From positions 288,001 to 352,000 of the forward strand of contig CAWJWJ010000002.1 of NCBI GenBank assembly GCA_963846575.1: a stretch of 64,000 bases of DNA, given 5' to 3'. The notes beneath the pieces were generated by a model, which saw only the letters and a list, made by a program, of their open reading frames with translations, searched no databases and was not told where the DNA came from. Position 1 is the stretch's first letter. Every line of letters begins with the position of its first letter. Positions 29,825 to 37,891 of the stretch are shown here, piece after piece. The stretch is from an uncultured Nitrospiraceae bacterium (GTDB lineage Bacteria > Nitrospirota > Nitrospiria > Nitrospirales > Nitrospiraceae). A program made the position numbers and the translations under genes.

Positions 29825-29853
29825 TTGCCTGACTGGATGAGGTCGGGTAGAGT
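29825..29853 (+). promoter_or_regulatory. Putative sigma70 promoter of mutS2
   Basis: TTGCCT-N17-TAGAGT. Confidence 0.5.
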
Positions 29854-29889
29854 CTGGCGTTCTGAGGGGCCGACAACAGGCGGGGTGTC

Positions 29890-32319
29890 ATGCAGTCTGA
29901 CAAGCTTCAGCGTGAGGCGACCAAGGTTTTAGAATGGGCTCAATTGTTGGACGTCTTAGCTTCCCACACACAATCCACTGTGGGCGCAGAGCATTGTCGC
30001 TCCTTGGGGCTGGAGCAGGATCTTGCCCGTGCTTCGATGCGGCAGGAGGAAACATCCGACCTGATACGACTTAAAGCAGGGAGTGATCCCTTTCCTCAGC
30101 TTCGGTTTCCTTCAGTCGCTGAAGGGTTGGGCCGTGTGGCGAAGGGGGCCTGCTTAGAGGTCCATGAGCTCCGCGATGTGGCCCTGGTGCTGGAGGTGAT
30201 CGAAGAGGTGCATCGGTATCTAGGGCGACACCAGAGGGATGCGCCTACGTTGAGCGCCATGGCCTCGGAACTCGGGCCCATGGGCGAGTTCCGGAGGTTG
30301 CGGGCTGCGTTGAATGCCGCTATCGATCCGGACGGCTCCATGCGGGAATCAGCCAGCCCCGAATTACATCGGCTGACGCATCGGGCCAATGACCTCAAGC
30401 AGCACATGCGTCATCGCCTTGACCAGATTCTGCATTCCCGCCGCTACGAGGGCGTCTTGCAGGAAGACTATTTCGCGCAGCGCGAGGGGCGCTATGTGAT
30501 TCCGATCAAGACTGACATGCAGGGGAGAATACCCGGTATCGTGCACGATGTGTCGGCAAGTGGCGCCACCGTGTTTCTGGAACCGCGTGAGCTCGTTGAG
30601 TTCAATAACTCCATCAAAGTGGTGGACCTCGAAGTGGAACGCGAGGTGCGGAGAATTCTCCGGGAACTGTCTGCGATGCTCGCGCCGCACGCACCTGCGC
30701 TTTCAATCAGTGTGGCGCTGCTGGGGCAACTTGATGCCATCTCCGCCAAGGCAGGGCTGAGCCGGCAGTTGCACGCGAGTCCGCCGCGCCTCAATGACCG
30801 AGGGCGAATCATGCTCAAGCAGGCTCGGCATCCCTTTCTTGTGCTGACCAAGGAGCAGGTGGTGCCGAATGATCTGACATTTGATGAGACTGTGCGTGTC
30901 CTCATTATGTCGGGCCCCAATACCGGTGGGAAAACCGTGACACTGAAATTGTTGGGGCTGTTTTCCCTGATGGTGCGTTGCGGTCTGCACCTTCCCTGTG
31001 CGCCCGACTCGGAAATGGCCATTTTCCCGGCCGTCTACGCCGACATCGGTGATGCACAGGACCTGGCGCGCGACTTGTCCAGTTTTTCCGCCCACATTAC
31101 TCAAATGGTGCAATTGCTTCGGGAGGTTTCGTCTGGGACGGAGGGTGACAGCGACCATCCAGAAGACCCCGGACGAGCGCTCGTATTACTTGATGAGCCG
31201 GTAACGTCCACGGATCCGGCCGAGGGTGCCGCGCTGGCGAGTGCCCTGCTCTGTCGTTTGGCGGCTTCCGGCGTCAAGGTGGTGGCTACGACACACTACA
31301 GCCTCTTAAAAGGATTGGCGCAGGAGACGCAGGGTTTTGCCAATGCGAGCGTGGAGTTCAACCTGGACACCCTCTCGCCGACCTATCGGGTGATCGCGGG
31401 GCAGCCTGGCGGGTCCGCCGCGATCGAAATTGCCGGGCGTCTAGGCATGGACGAGTCATTGCTGCGGGATGCTCGTGCGCGACTACAGGGAGATAATCGC
31501 CTGCTAGAAACGCTTCTGAGCGATCTACAGGACAGACAGCGGCGAGTGAGTGAAGACGAGGCTGCTGCCAGTCTGGCGAAGCGGGCCGCCGAACAGATGG
31601 CGCGCGAGGCCGAGGATTTGTTGACATCCTTGCAGACATCGGAACGAGACGCGCGACAAGGGCTGAAGAAAAAACTGTCCGAAGAGTTCCAGCGTGCCAG
31701 ATCGTCGGTCCAGGCAACGCTTGATGATCTGAAGCGTGATCAAAAACTGATCAAGGCGAAAGAAGCCAAAGTCCGACTGGTTGAGTTGGAGCAGGAAGTC
31801 AGGCGAGAGGTCGGGGAGCCGCACGAGCCGGTTCCTGTGGACCAGATGGCGATCGGCGATGCGGTGGAGGTCGTGGGTCTCGGCATAACCGGAACGCTGC
31901 TTGAACATCCTCATGGGAAAAAACGGGTGCGTGTCAAAGTCGGAGAAGGAGAGCTCCTGGCAAATGTGGCAAGTCTGGCCGGGATCCCACGCCCCCGGCA
32001 GCCCGCTCGTCATGAGCCCGCTAAAGGACGGGCGGCTCCGCAAAGGCGTGGCAGCCAGACGCTGGCGCCCGAGGACATCCAGGAATCTTTTGATGTGCGC
32101 GGCCAGACTGCGGACGATGCGGTGGATAGGGTCGTGGCCGGGCTCGATCGCGCAATTCTGGGGGGCAGTCCTTTCGTGCGCATCATCCATGGGCAGGGGA
32201 CAGGCCGGCTCAAGGCGGCATTGCGCGAGTATCTGAAGGCCTCTCCTTACGTGGTGACGTTCAGGCCCGGCGATCGCGCGGAAGGAGGCGATGGCGTCAC
32301 GATTGTCGAGCTTCGATGA
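29890..32319 (+). CDS. mutS2: Endonuclease MutS2 with C-terminal Smr domain
   Basis: HDVSASGATVFLEP, GPNTGGKT, DIGD.Q..LSSFSAH, coiled coil, IIHGQGTG.LK..GGDGVT. Confidence 0.95.
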   Translation: MQSDKLQREATKVLEWAQLLDVLASHTQSTVGAEHCRSLGLEQDLARASMRQEETSDLIRLKAGSDPFPQLRFPSVAEGLGRVAKGACLEVHELRDVALVLEVIEEVHRYLGRHQRDAPTLSAMASELGPMGEFRRLRAALNAAIDPDGSMRESASPELHRLTHRANDLKQHMRHRLDQILHSRRYEGVLQEDYFAQREGRYVIPIKTDMQGRIPGIVHDVSASGATVFLEPRELVEFNNSIKVVDLEVEREVRRILRELSAMLAPHAPALSISVALLGQLDAISAKAGLSRQLHASPPRLNDRGRIMLKQARHPFLVLTKEQVVPNDLTFDETVRVLIMSGPNTGGKTVTLKLLGLFSLMVRCGLHLPCAPDSEMAIFPAVYADIGDAQDLARDLSSFSAHITQMVQLLREVSSGTEGDSDHPEDPGRALVLLDEPVTSTDPAEGAALASALLCRLAASGVKVVATTHYSLLKGLAQETQGFANASVEFNLDTLSPTYRVIAGQPGGSAAIEIAGRLGMDESLLRDARARLQGDNRLLETLLSDLQDRQRRVSEDEAAASLAKRAAEQMAREAEDLLTSLQTSERDARQGLKKKLSEEFQRARSSVQATLDDLKRDQKLIKAKEAKVRLVELEQEVRREVGEPHEPVPVDQMAIGDAVEVVGLGITGTLLEHPHGKKRVRVKVGEGELLANVASLAGIPRPRQPARHEPAKGRAAPQRRGSQTLAPEDIQESFDVRGQTADDAVDRVVAGLDRAILGGSPFVRIIHGQGTGRLKAALREYLKASPYVVTFRPGDRAEGGDGVTIVELR

Positions 32320-32563
32320 ACAGGTAGAACGGTGGCTCGTGGATTGTTACTCGCTGAATCGGAAACTACGCTCCGGCAGGGTCTATGTTCGGAGAGAGGA
32401 ATTTTGTATGCTAAAGCGACCGTCAGTTGGATGTTCCGCATCTCGGGAGTGTGGCATGGCATGATCTGATCCATGATTCGATTAGGGGCTTCCGTCCCGC
32501 AGAGAGATGACTCCCGGCGGGATGGAGGAGGCGAGTCAATATCCTTCAGGATGGCCTGCCGCC

Positions 32564-34870
32564 ATGAGTCAGCGGGTCAGCCTCCAGAGTTTGATCACCC
32601 TGTCTGTGCTGTCGGTCGGCATTCTTTCCGGCACAGTAGGCCTCGCCTATGCCTATTGGCATGCCAAAGAGTCCCTTCAAACCACCGTCGGTATTACGTT
32701 CCAGGAAATCGCCCGCCAGAGCGCAGACAAAACCGTCCTCCTGCTGGTCCAGGAAATCGAATGGCTACAGCGGCTCAGTTCGCTGTCTGACATTCGTGCG
32801 TCCGTAAAAGGAGAGGGGCGGGGAGAACCGTTCCATCCACAGTTGGAGCAATGGCGCGAAGAGCAGAACCGGTATTTCCACTCGCTGACGATTGTGAAGG
32901 CGGATGGACAGATGGTCGGGGGCCAGGCGAGCCATGCCACGCGAAACCTCTATGCCCAGCAGCCATGGTGGCCAACTATTTTTAAGGACGATCGTCCCTG
33001 GGCCGGGCCCTTCACCATCGATGAGGAGGGGCGTGGGTACTGGGAAGTAGTGGTGCGGGTCGGTGGAAGGGACGAGCCGGCGCTCGGGGCCTTGAAGGTT
33101 GTCATCGGGACGGATCGAATCCTGTCGTCGATCGGGGGAAACCGCATCGGCCGAACGGGCCACACGATGATCCTGGCCGACGATGGTTCGGTACTGGCCT
33201 GTTCCCTGCTGCCACCAAGGCTTCACAGGCCACTTCCGGCCATCCTCACAGAACGGGGAACGGGTGTTCCCGCCGCGCGATGGGTGCGGATGGATCGGGA
33301 CACCCACGGCGGCAAGGGAGGCATCATCGGCGTGGCGAGCGTCGTGCTTCCTGCGCCGATCGTCCAGGCGCGTGTCTGGCATATTCTGATGCAGCAGGAT
33401 CCGGAGGAAACATTCGAGCCGCTGCTGACCCTGGTGGGGAAACTCGCGGCCTTCTGGTTTGGGGCGGTCGGATTCATCCTGTGGCTCCGCTGGAGGTTGG
33501 CACGACGGATCGTGCAGCCCCTCACGGCGCTGATACACCGCGTCAACCTGCTTGAACGTTCCGGGCCGTCAGAACCACTTCCGAGTCAGTCGATTGGCTC
33601 ACCTTCAGGGATTGTGGAAATCGACGCCCTTGCCGCGAGTTTCGATGACCTGTCGGAACGGTTAGGTCAGGCTTCACGGGCCAAGACCGAATATGTCAAC
33701 CGGTTGGAGCAGGCGAATCTCGATCTCGCCACCTCGGAAGAACATTACCGGCTGTTGTGGAACCATTCGGTCGATACCAAGATCCTGATCGATCCCACCG
33801 GCGCGGTGCAGGACATCAACCGGCGTGGCGAGGTCACGCTGGGTCGGTCGGCCGCGAGCGTCATCGATCGGCCGGTGTTCGAGCTGGTGGACGACTCCGG
33901 ACGGGTCCGCTTGCAAGAGCAGTTGTCGCTCGTGTTACAGGACGGGGCCGAGCGGCAGGCCGGGATGATGCAGGTGCCCACTCCGTCAGGCCTGTTGACG
34001 ATGGAGGTTGATTTGGTGCCGGTCAAAAAAACCGGCTGCATCGAATCGATCATGTTGCAATTCAGGGACCTCAGCGAACAGAAGGAGCTTGAGCGTCAGT
34101 TGCTCCGATCCGAACGATTGGCATCCTTGAGCCAATTTGCGTCCATGTTCGCCCATGACATCCGCAACCCCTTGGCCGGGATCAAGAAAACATTGGAGTG
34201 GCTGGGCCGTCGTCCGGAGATGGAGCAGGATCCGCCGCGTCGCTGTGTGGCGGATCTGCGTTTCACCACCGACCTGCTCTTGGGCATGATCAACGACATG
34301 CTGGACGTGTATCAGGAAAATTACTCCGGCCTCCCGCTCAGCACGTCACCGGTCTCGCCGAGTCTGCTGCTCAGGGACGTCTTGCATTTGTTTCGGTCCG
34401 AGGCCGAGGCGCAGGGCGTGCAGTTCCGGTTTCAGATTCCCGATGAAGAGATCAGGATCATGGGGGACGGCCGGCGGTTGCAGCGTGTGCTGATCAATCT
34501 GGTCCACAATGCCCTGAAATATTCACCGCCCCAGGGTGTCGTCACGCTCACGCTTCATTTCTCTGAAGCCCCCTCGTCATTTCAGGCCGGTCAAGAGACG
34601 GCAGGCGAGGGCGTGAAGGCCATGATTCAGGTCGAGGACGAGGGCCCCGGCATCGCGCCGGAAGATTTGCCGCATTTGTTTGAAATGTTTTTCAGGAAAA
34701 AGGACGGACAGGACTATCGCATCGGTCGCGGCCTGGGGTTGCACTTCTGCCAACTGGTCGTCCAGGCGCACGGCGGACGGCTCACGGCCGGCAATCGCCG
34801 GGAAGGCGGCGCGGTATTCAGGGTGGAGTTGCCGGTCCGGCAGGCAGAGGTATGTCCATCACCATCTTGA
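32564..34870 (+). CDS. Sensor histidine kinase (periplasmic Cache-like, HAMP, PAS, HisKA, HATPase)
   Basis: Two TM segments; H-box FAHDIRNPL; NLVHNALKY, DEGPGI, GRGLGL. Confidence 0.92.
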   Translation: MSQRVSLQSLITLSVLSVGILSGTVGLAYAYWHAKESLQTTVGITFQEIARQSADKTVLLLVQEIEWLQRLSSLSDIRASVKGEGRGEPFHPQLEQWREEQNRYFHSLTIVKADGQMVGGQASHATRNLYAQQPWWPTIFKDDRPWAGPFTIDEEGRGYWEVVVRVGGRDEPALGALKVVIGTDRILSSIGGNRIGRTGHTMILADDGSVLACSLLPPRLHRPLPAILTERGTGVPAARWVRMDRDTHGGKGGIIGVASVVLPAPIVQARVWHILMQQDPEETFEPLLTLVGKLAAFWFGAVGFILWLRWRLARRIVQPLTALIHRVNLLERSGPSEPLPSQSIGSPSGIVEIDALAASFDDLSERLGQASRAKTEYVNRLEQANLDLATSEEHYRLLWNHSVDTKILIDPTGAVQDINRRGEVTLGRSAASVIDRPVFELVDDSGRVRLQEQLSLVLQDGAERQAGMMQVPTPSGLLTMEVDLVPVKKTGCIESIMLQFRDLSEQKELERQLLRSERLASLSQFASMFAHDIRNPLAGIKKTLEWLGRRPEMEQDPPRRCVADLRFTTDLLLGMINDMLDVYQENYSGLPLSTSPVSPSLLLRDVLHLFRSEAEAQGVQFRFQIPDEEIRIMGDGRRLQRVLINLVHNALKYSPPQGVVTLTLHFSEAPSSFQAGQETAGEGVKAMIQVEDEGPGIAPEDLPHLFEMFFRKKDGQDYRIGRGLGLHFCQLVVQAHGGRLTAGNRREGGAVFRVELPVRQAEVCPSPS

Positions 34871-35496
34871 TCGCTGAAGATCAACGGTTATTCCGGCAGA
34901 GCCTGCGCATGCTGCTCGAACACGAGCGCGACCTCGTGGTGGTGGGGGAGGCGATGGACGGCCGGCAGGCGTTTGACCTGACAATGAAAGAGAAACCGAG
35001 CATCGTCTTGATGGACGTGGACATGCCGCGATTGGACGGCATCACCGCCACGCGATTGATCCGGAGTTGTGTGCCGGACACCAAGGTACTCATGCTGTCG
35101 GTGCATGACGACGATGCCCGCATCGTGGCGGCGGTGCGGGCGGGGGCCTGCGGGTACATCCTCAAGGACGCGGACCATCAGGAGTTCCTGCGGATCATTC
35201 GAGCCACCTTCATGGGCCAACCGGTGCAATCGGCCTTCATGCCCGACGGGTTCGCCAAACAAGCGGTGGCCTTCATCCACAAACAGGACGAATCCGGTTC
35301 CCGCGGGTTGGATCTTTTAACCGATCGCGAACGAGAAATCCTGGCCTGCGCGGCATCGGGAGGCAGCAACAAGGATATTGCCGATCAACTCTGCGTGTCT
35401 CTCGATACCGTCAAAACCCACCTCCACCACATCTATCAAAAGTTGAAGGTGAGTGGCCGGGTCGAAGCAGTCCTCACCTACCTGGGTAGTCTCTAA
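34852..35496 (+). CDS. NarL/LuxR-family response regulator
   Basis: AEDQ, LMDVDMP, GYILK, LTDREREIL..NKDIA..TVKTH. Confidence 0.95.
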   Translation: MSITILIAEDQRLFRQSLRMLLEHERDLVVVGEAMDGRQAFDLTMKEKPSIVLMDVDMPRLDGITATRLIRSCVPDTKVLMLSVHDDDARIVAAVRAGACGYILKDADHQEFLRIIRATFMGQPVQSAFMPDGFAKQAVAFIHKQDESGSRGLDLLTDREREILACAASGGSNKDIADQLCVSLDTVKTHLHHIYQKLKVSGRVEAVLTYLGSL

Positions 35497-35521
35497 GCGT
35501 TCAGCCTCATCACCGTGGGCC

Positions 35522-35556
35522 TCACCCGAAGGGTGGAGAAAAAATCCACCCTCCGG
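35522..35556. promoter_or_regulatory. Tandem palindromic operator-like site upstream of the secreted-protein operon
   Basis: CACCC-GAA-GGGTG (35523-35535), degenerate second copy CACCC-TCC-GGGCA 24 bp later; GGGTGGA-N7-TCCACCC is also a perfect inverted repeat. Confidence 0.5.
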
Positions 35557-35651
35557 GCAATGGGCCTGTGTCGCTGCTCTCGTTAGAGTCATGGGCGTCA
35601 CCTTTGGTGGCGTGGTCGAACACATCATGTGAATTGAAGGAGGGCGGTACC

Positions 35652-35975
35652 ATGAGCAAGGGATGGAGGAGAGGAGCCATGCTGGTTTGTGTTGTCGCGA
35701 TGGCGATGGTGTTCGCGTCTCCCACTCAGGCCCAGGTTATCCATACCGACACCAGTCTCCAGTCGGAGTCGCCACAAAAAGAGTCATCGCCGGAGGGTGG
35801 TGCCATATTCATCGAGCCGCCGAGCGGCGATCTGGAGAAAGGATTTGATCGTCAGCTATCCGTGCCGGAAACCGGTGCATCCGGCGCCATGGACACGAAC
35901 ATGCTGAAGATGCCGGACCGAAACGATGCGGAGAATGCCCGTGAATCCGACAGTCGGTCGGGAGTTTCCTTCTGA
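35652..35975 (+). CDS. Hypothetical secreted protein, acidic and low complexity
   Basis: AAGGAGG SD; signal peptide ending TQA. Confidence 0.75.
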   Translation: MSKGWRRGAMLVCVVAMAMVFASPTQAQVIHTDTSLQSESPQKESSPEGGAIFIEPPSGDLEKGFDRQLSVPETGASGAMDTNMLKMPDRNDAENARESDSRSGVSF

Positions 35976-36018
35976 CCTCGGTCTCGGGACCGTCCCGTCA
36001 TGACAGAGGAGGCGTACC

Positions 36019-36414
36019 ATGAATACTCAGAGGAAAGGATACGGTTTCTGGGCGCTTTACTTGGGATTATGCATCGGTTTGAGCCTGCTCATTGGGTCCG
36101 CCCCTGCTCAGCAATCGTGGGTCGATGAGATCACTACTTCACTCAATTTCTACAAAACCAATTATCCCGGCTCCAATTGGGAGCCCTATAGCCAGCGGCT
36201 GCAGGTGGTGAAGGAGGCGGTGGGCAGCGGGGATACCAAGAGGGTCAAGACCGAAATGGGAAAGTGGTTCAAAATGCTCAGGACGCGCGATCAGGGGATT
36301 CATGATGTCGCGGCTGATGAACTGTTCAACTTCGCATTGATGGTCACGCCGATCGAGGAATACGGCATCACGGTTCCGCCGATCCCGGGGGGCGGCGGTG
36401 AAATGGGCTATTGA
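36019..36414 (+). CDS. Hypothetical secreted helical protein
   Basis: GAGGAGG SD; signal peptide ending APA. Confidence 0.8.
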   Translation: MNTQRKGYGFWALYLGLCIGLSLLIGSAPAQQSWVDEITTSLNFYKTNYPGSNWEPYSQRLQVVKEAVGSGDTKRVKTEMGKWFKMLRTRDQGIHDVAADELFNFALMVTPIEEYGITVPPIPGGGGEMGY

Positions 36415-36454
36415 CCGGCCTGTCAGGTCTCAGCCGCCGTAAAAGGAGATGACC

Positions 36455-36964
36455 ATGAGGTGGAAAACATGCATTGTCGTCGGTGCATTAGGCTTGTTCT
36501 GTCCGGCAGGGGTCAGCCGGGCAGATCCTACGGACGGTCTCACGTTAGGGGTACATCTGGCATTGAGCGGTCAAATTGCCAAAATTGAAAGCGGGCTCTT
36601 GTTTGTGAAACTGCCGAACGGGATGCAACTGCGGACGATCAGTCCAAACAAGGCCGACCGCGTCGGACTGCATCATGCCCGGATCGGTGATGAAGTGTGG
36701 CTGCTGATCGATTCAGGAAATGTGTTGCTGGATGCCTCTCGACCGGGCGGGGTACTGTTCGAGAACCACAAAGTGCTTGCCGGTCGTATCCATTATGCGG
36801 ACCCTTTCTGGGGCGAAATCCAGCTTTCGACGCCCGAGGGATTTGAGCGCTATGAAGTCGATACGCTTGCGGGGAGCAAGCTGTCGGTCTTCCAGGAGGG
36901 CATGCCAGTGACGATCGAGTTGGACGCGGATAACGTGATGATCGACATTCACGCCGGACGGTGA
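36455..36964 (+). CDS. Hypothetical secreted protein with two internal beta-rich repeats
   Basis: AAGGAG SD; signal peptide ending SRA; duplicated ~60-aa unit. Confidence 0.8.
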   Translation: MRWKTCIVVGALGLFCPAGVSRADPTDGLTLGVHLALSGQIAKIESGLLFVKLPNGMQLRTISPNKADRVGLHHARIGDEVWLLIDSGNVLLDASRPGGVLFENHKVLAGRIHYADPFWGEIQLSTPEGFERYEVDTLAGSKLSVFQEGMPVTIELDADNVMIDIHAGR

Positions 36965-36994
36965 GGCCTCGTCGTCGGTCGCCCCGCGTTCGCC

Positions 36995-37023
36995 TTGACA
37001 TCATCAGGAGTGGATCGTACCAT
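36995..37023 (+). promoter_or_regulatory. sigma70 promoter of the heme-protein/protease operon
   Basis: TTGACA-N17-TACCAT. Confidence 0.7.
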
Positions 37024-37108
37024 TTCAGGCGTCGCGCTTCTGCTGGTCCTCCACCCGCAGGGGCGCGATTCCTCTCAGCTCACAACGCGAACACAGCAGG
37101 GGCGGACC

Positions 37109-37891
37109 ATGCAACGTCGTCTCCTATGGATGATGACCTGGCTGGTAGCCGGAGGATGGCTCGTCGTGACGGTTCCCGCTCGGGGACTTGAGTCGCCTAA
37201 ACAGTCCGGTATCCCCCTGCATACCATCCTGGAACTCGAACAGACCGCCCGTTTGGTGGCTATCCTTCTCGATTCAGGCCGTGCAGTCGTCAACGATAAC
37301 CAGACATTGTTGGAGGATTCGACGAAAGCCGATAAGGGATTTACGTCGGAGGTCTTCGAACGACAACTGGTAGAGATGTTTCGCGGACGTGGCGGCATGG
37401 ATCTGCGTGAACTCGACAGCATGGCACTGTCGCAACGGAGCAAGCAGCTGCTCAAGGACCTGGTGACGGTGAGTAAGCAGGTCGTCGAGGACGCTCAAAC
37501 GAACCTCAATCGACAAGGGACCGGGTTCACGGGGTTTCTTCCGGCGGTGTTCGGCGCGCGGGTCGCGGCCCGGTTCACCGCTCAGACCGGTGTGAGACTG
37601 AAACAAACGGCGTTGGTCCCACGGAACCCAGCCAACCGTCCGGACCCGTACGAACGGGTTGCGCTGGAAGCGTTTGCCGATTCCACCTATCCCCGGGAGA
37701 AGGTCATCAGTGAGATCGCAGCCAGCAGCACTGTCCTGCGCCTGATGTATCCGTTGTATGCGACCAGACATTGCCTGGATTGCCATGGGGAGCCCAAGGG
37801 AAGCCTCGACCGAACGGGTTATGCACGGGAAGGCCTCACATTGGGGCAGAATGCCGGTGCCATTAGCGTCCTGTTGCCGGTCACGAAATGA
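37109..37891 (+). CDS. Secreted DUF3365/Tll0287-like monoheme c protein
   Basis: Signal peptide; PRNPANRPDPYE..AL..F, RLMYPL...CLDCHG, G...GAISV. Confidence 0.82.
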   Translation: MQRRLLWMMTWLVAGGWLVVTVPARGLESPKQSGIPLHTILELEQTARLVAILLDSGRAVVNDNQTLLEDSTKADKGFTSEVFERQLVEMFRGRGGMDLRELDSMALSQRSKQLLKDLVTVSKQVVEDAQTNLNRQGTGFTGFLPAVFGARVAARFTAQTGVRLKQTALVPRNPANRPDPYERVALEAFADSTYPREKVISEIAASSTVLRLMYPLYATRHCLDCHGEPKGSLDRTGYAREGLTLGQNAGAISVLLPVTK

